DNA from: Candidatus Rariloculaceae bacterium
Lineage (GTDB): Bacteria; Pseudomonadota; Gammaproteobacteria; Steroidobacterales; Rariloculaceae
DNA: 64,000 nt
Direction of reading: 5' to 3'
Assembly: GCA_045561055.1 (NCBI GenBank)
Contig: JBJKYL010000003.1
Span: 9,797-73,796, forward strand
Shown: positions 63,123 to 64,000 of the stretch, piece after piece
Layout: each line of letters starts with the position of its first letter
Numbering within the stretch: the first letter of the stretch is position 1
Made by a program: the position numbers and the translations under genes
The notes under the pieces: model-generated
Seen by the model: only the letters and a program-made list of their open reading frames with translations
What the model was told of the DNA's origin: nothing
Databases searched by the model: none

Positions 63123-64000
63123 CTATCCAGTAGTTTGTTCGGTAACATCTACAAACAGCAATAGTTGCTGCCCGGGTTGTAGATATTCTTCCGATGAAAT
63201 ATCGTTCCATTCCAGTAGTTCGCTGACGCTAACACGAAAACGTGTCGAGATTCGTGATAAGGAATCGCCGCGGCGAACGGTATAGGTTATTCGTCTGATA
63301 CGCTCGTTCGATACTCGTTTGATCACTGTTTCATTGCTCCAGATCACGAGCTTTCGACCGACACTGAGAATATCGGCAGGTGCCATCGCGTTCCAGTTTG
63401 CTAGGTCCCGCAGGTCGACTCCATAGTTGCGGGCGATCGACCACAAAGATTCTCCGGGCCGAACTTCGTGGGTGCTTCTTTGCCCACTACGCGCCTGATT
63501 GTTATTCCTCTCTAGCCTTGCATCGACACTCAAGGTATAGGCGCTGAGATCACTGGTGGCACGGGGAATCATCAGAGACTGGCCAACGCGTATGAGGTTT
63601 CCCTCGATATTGTTTACATCTCGTAGAACCGCTAGTGTTGTCTGGTGGCGTTCCGCTAGGTGACTAAGAGTTTCGCCAGTTTCTACCTCATGACGCAACC
63701 ACTCGACCCTATCTCGTGCGCCGAGAGATGCGAGAGCTAATCTTAGTTGGGTGGCGTTATTAACTGGTACGAGTAAACGATGAGGTCCTGTAGGATCTGT
63801 AGCCCAGCGGTTGACTCCTGGATTGAACTCATAAAGTTGTTCTATTGAGATACCGGCAAGTTCAGCTGCAAGCGCCATATCAATTTGGGAATTTGTTGGG
63901 ATACTCTCAAATTGTGGTTCGTTAGCTAGACTGGGTAGAACGAGTCCATTGGCCTCCGCGTTCTTTATTATATTAGTGATAGCGAGTAGGCGCGGCACAT
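63123..64000 (-). CDS. mltD: membrane-bound lytic murein transglycosylase D-like protein, C-terminal part (gene continues past the window end)
   Basis: Three LysM repeats (HEVETGETLSHLA..., HEVRPGESLWSIA..., YTVRRGDSLSRIS...) follow the end of a transglycosylase-associated region. The N-terminus lies outside the window. Confidence 0.7.
   Translation of the reverse strand, partial: VPRLLAITNIIKNAEANGLVLPSLANEPQFESIPTNSQIDMALAAELAGISIEQLYEFNPGVNRWATDPTGPHRLLVPVNNATQLRLALASLGARDRVEWLRHEVETGETLSHLAERHQTTLAVLRDVNNIEGNLIRVGQSLMIPRATSDLSAYTLSVDARLERNNNQARSGQRSTHEVRPGESLWSIARNYGVDLRDLANWNAMAPADILSVGRKLVIWSNETVIKRVSNERIRRITYTVRRGDSLSRISTRFRVSVSELLEWNDISSEEYLQPGQQLLLFVDVTEQTTG

Overview
This window looks like a chromosomal segment of a Pseudomonas-like or marine gammaproteobacterium. 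GC is about 50% by eye and the window is roughly 85-90% coding. Most of it is core housekeeping genes in a Pseudomonas-type order:
- crcB, a GlcD-like FAD oxidase, purL and ettA
- glyA-nrdR-ribD-ribE-ribBA-ribH-nusB-thiL-pgpA, then xseB
- parE-parC, and epmB/efp/epmA-psd-SCO
- prmB-aroC, and asd-like-fimV-truA-accD-folC-SPOR-cvpA-purF
- lpxH-ppiA-folD, followed by four tRNAs
- tRNA-Leu-tig-clpP-clpX-lon-hupB, two tRNAs, then ppiD, fabI and a partial mltD-like gene

I hand-folded ten tRNA genes; their coordinates are accurate to about 2 nt. I saw no CRISPR array, transposase, integrase, phage gene or recognisable defence gene.

Three accessory patches stand out:
1. Region 64-5812 lies next to the 3' end of tRNA-Ser and encodes almost only exported proteins. 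It includes a tandem trio of paralogs whose predicted mature N-terminus is His-His. This is my best candidate for an undescribed periplasmic metal-binding system.
2. Region 23648-26031 is a rubrerythrin / HdrD-GlcF-like Fe-S protein / DUF3501 operon, preceded by a perfect palindromic operator candidate.
3. Region 47938-53600 is bracketed by tRNA genes. It holds a TonB-dependent receptor, a secreted protein with endostatin-like motifs and cysteine pattern, an NHL beta-propeller, and the C-terminal stump of a prolyl oligopeptidase.

Separately, the normally essential glyA gene is split by a single extra G.

Everything here comes from reading the sequence and from remembered family signatures. 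No searches were run.
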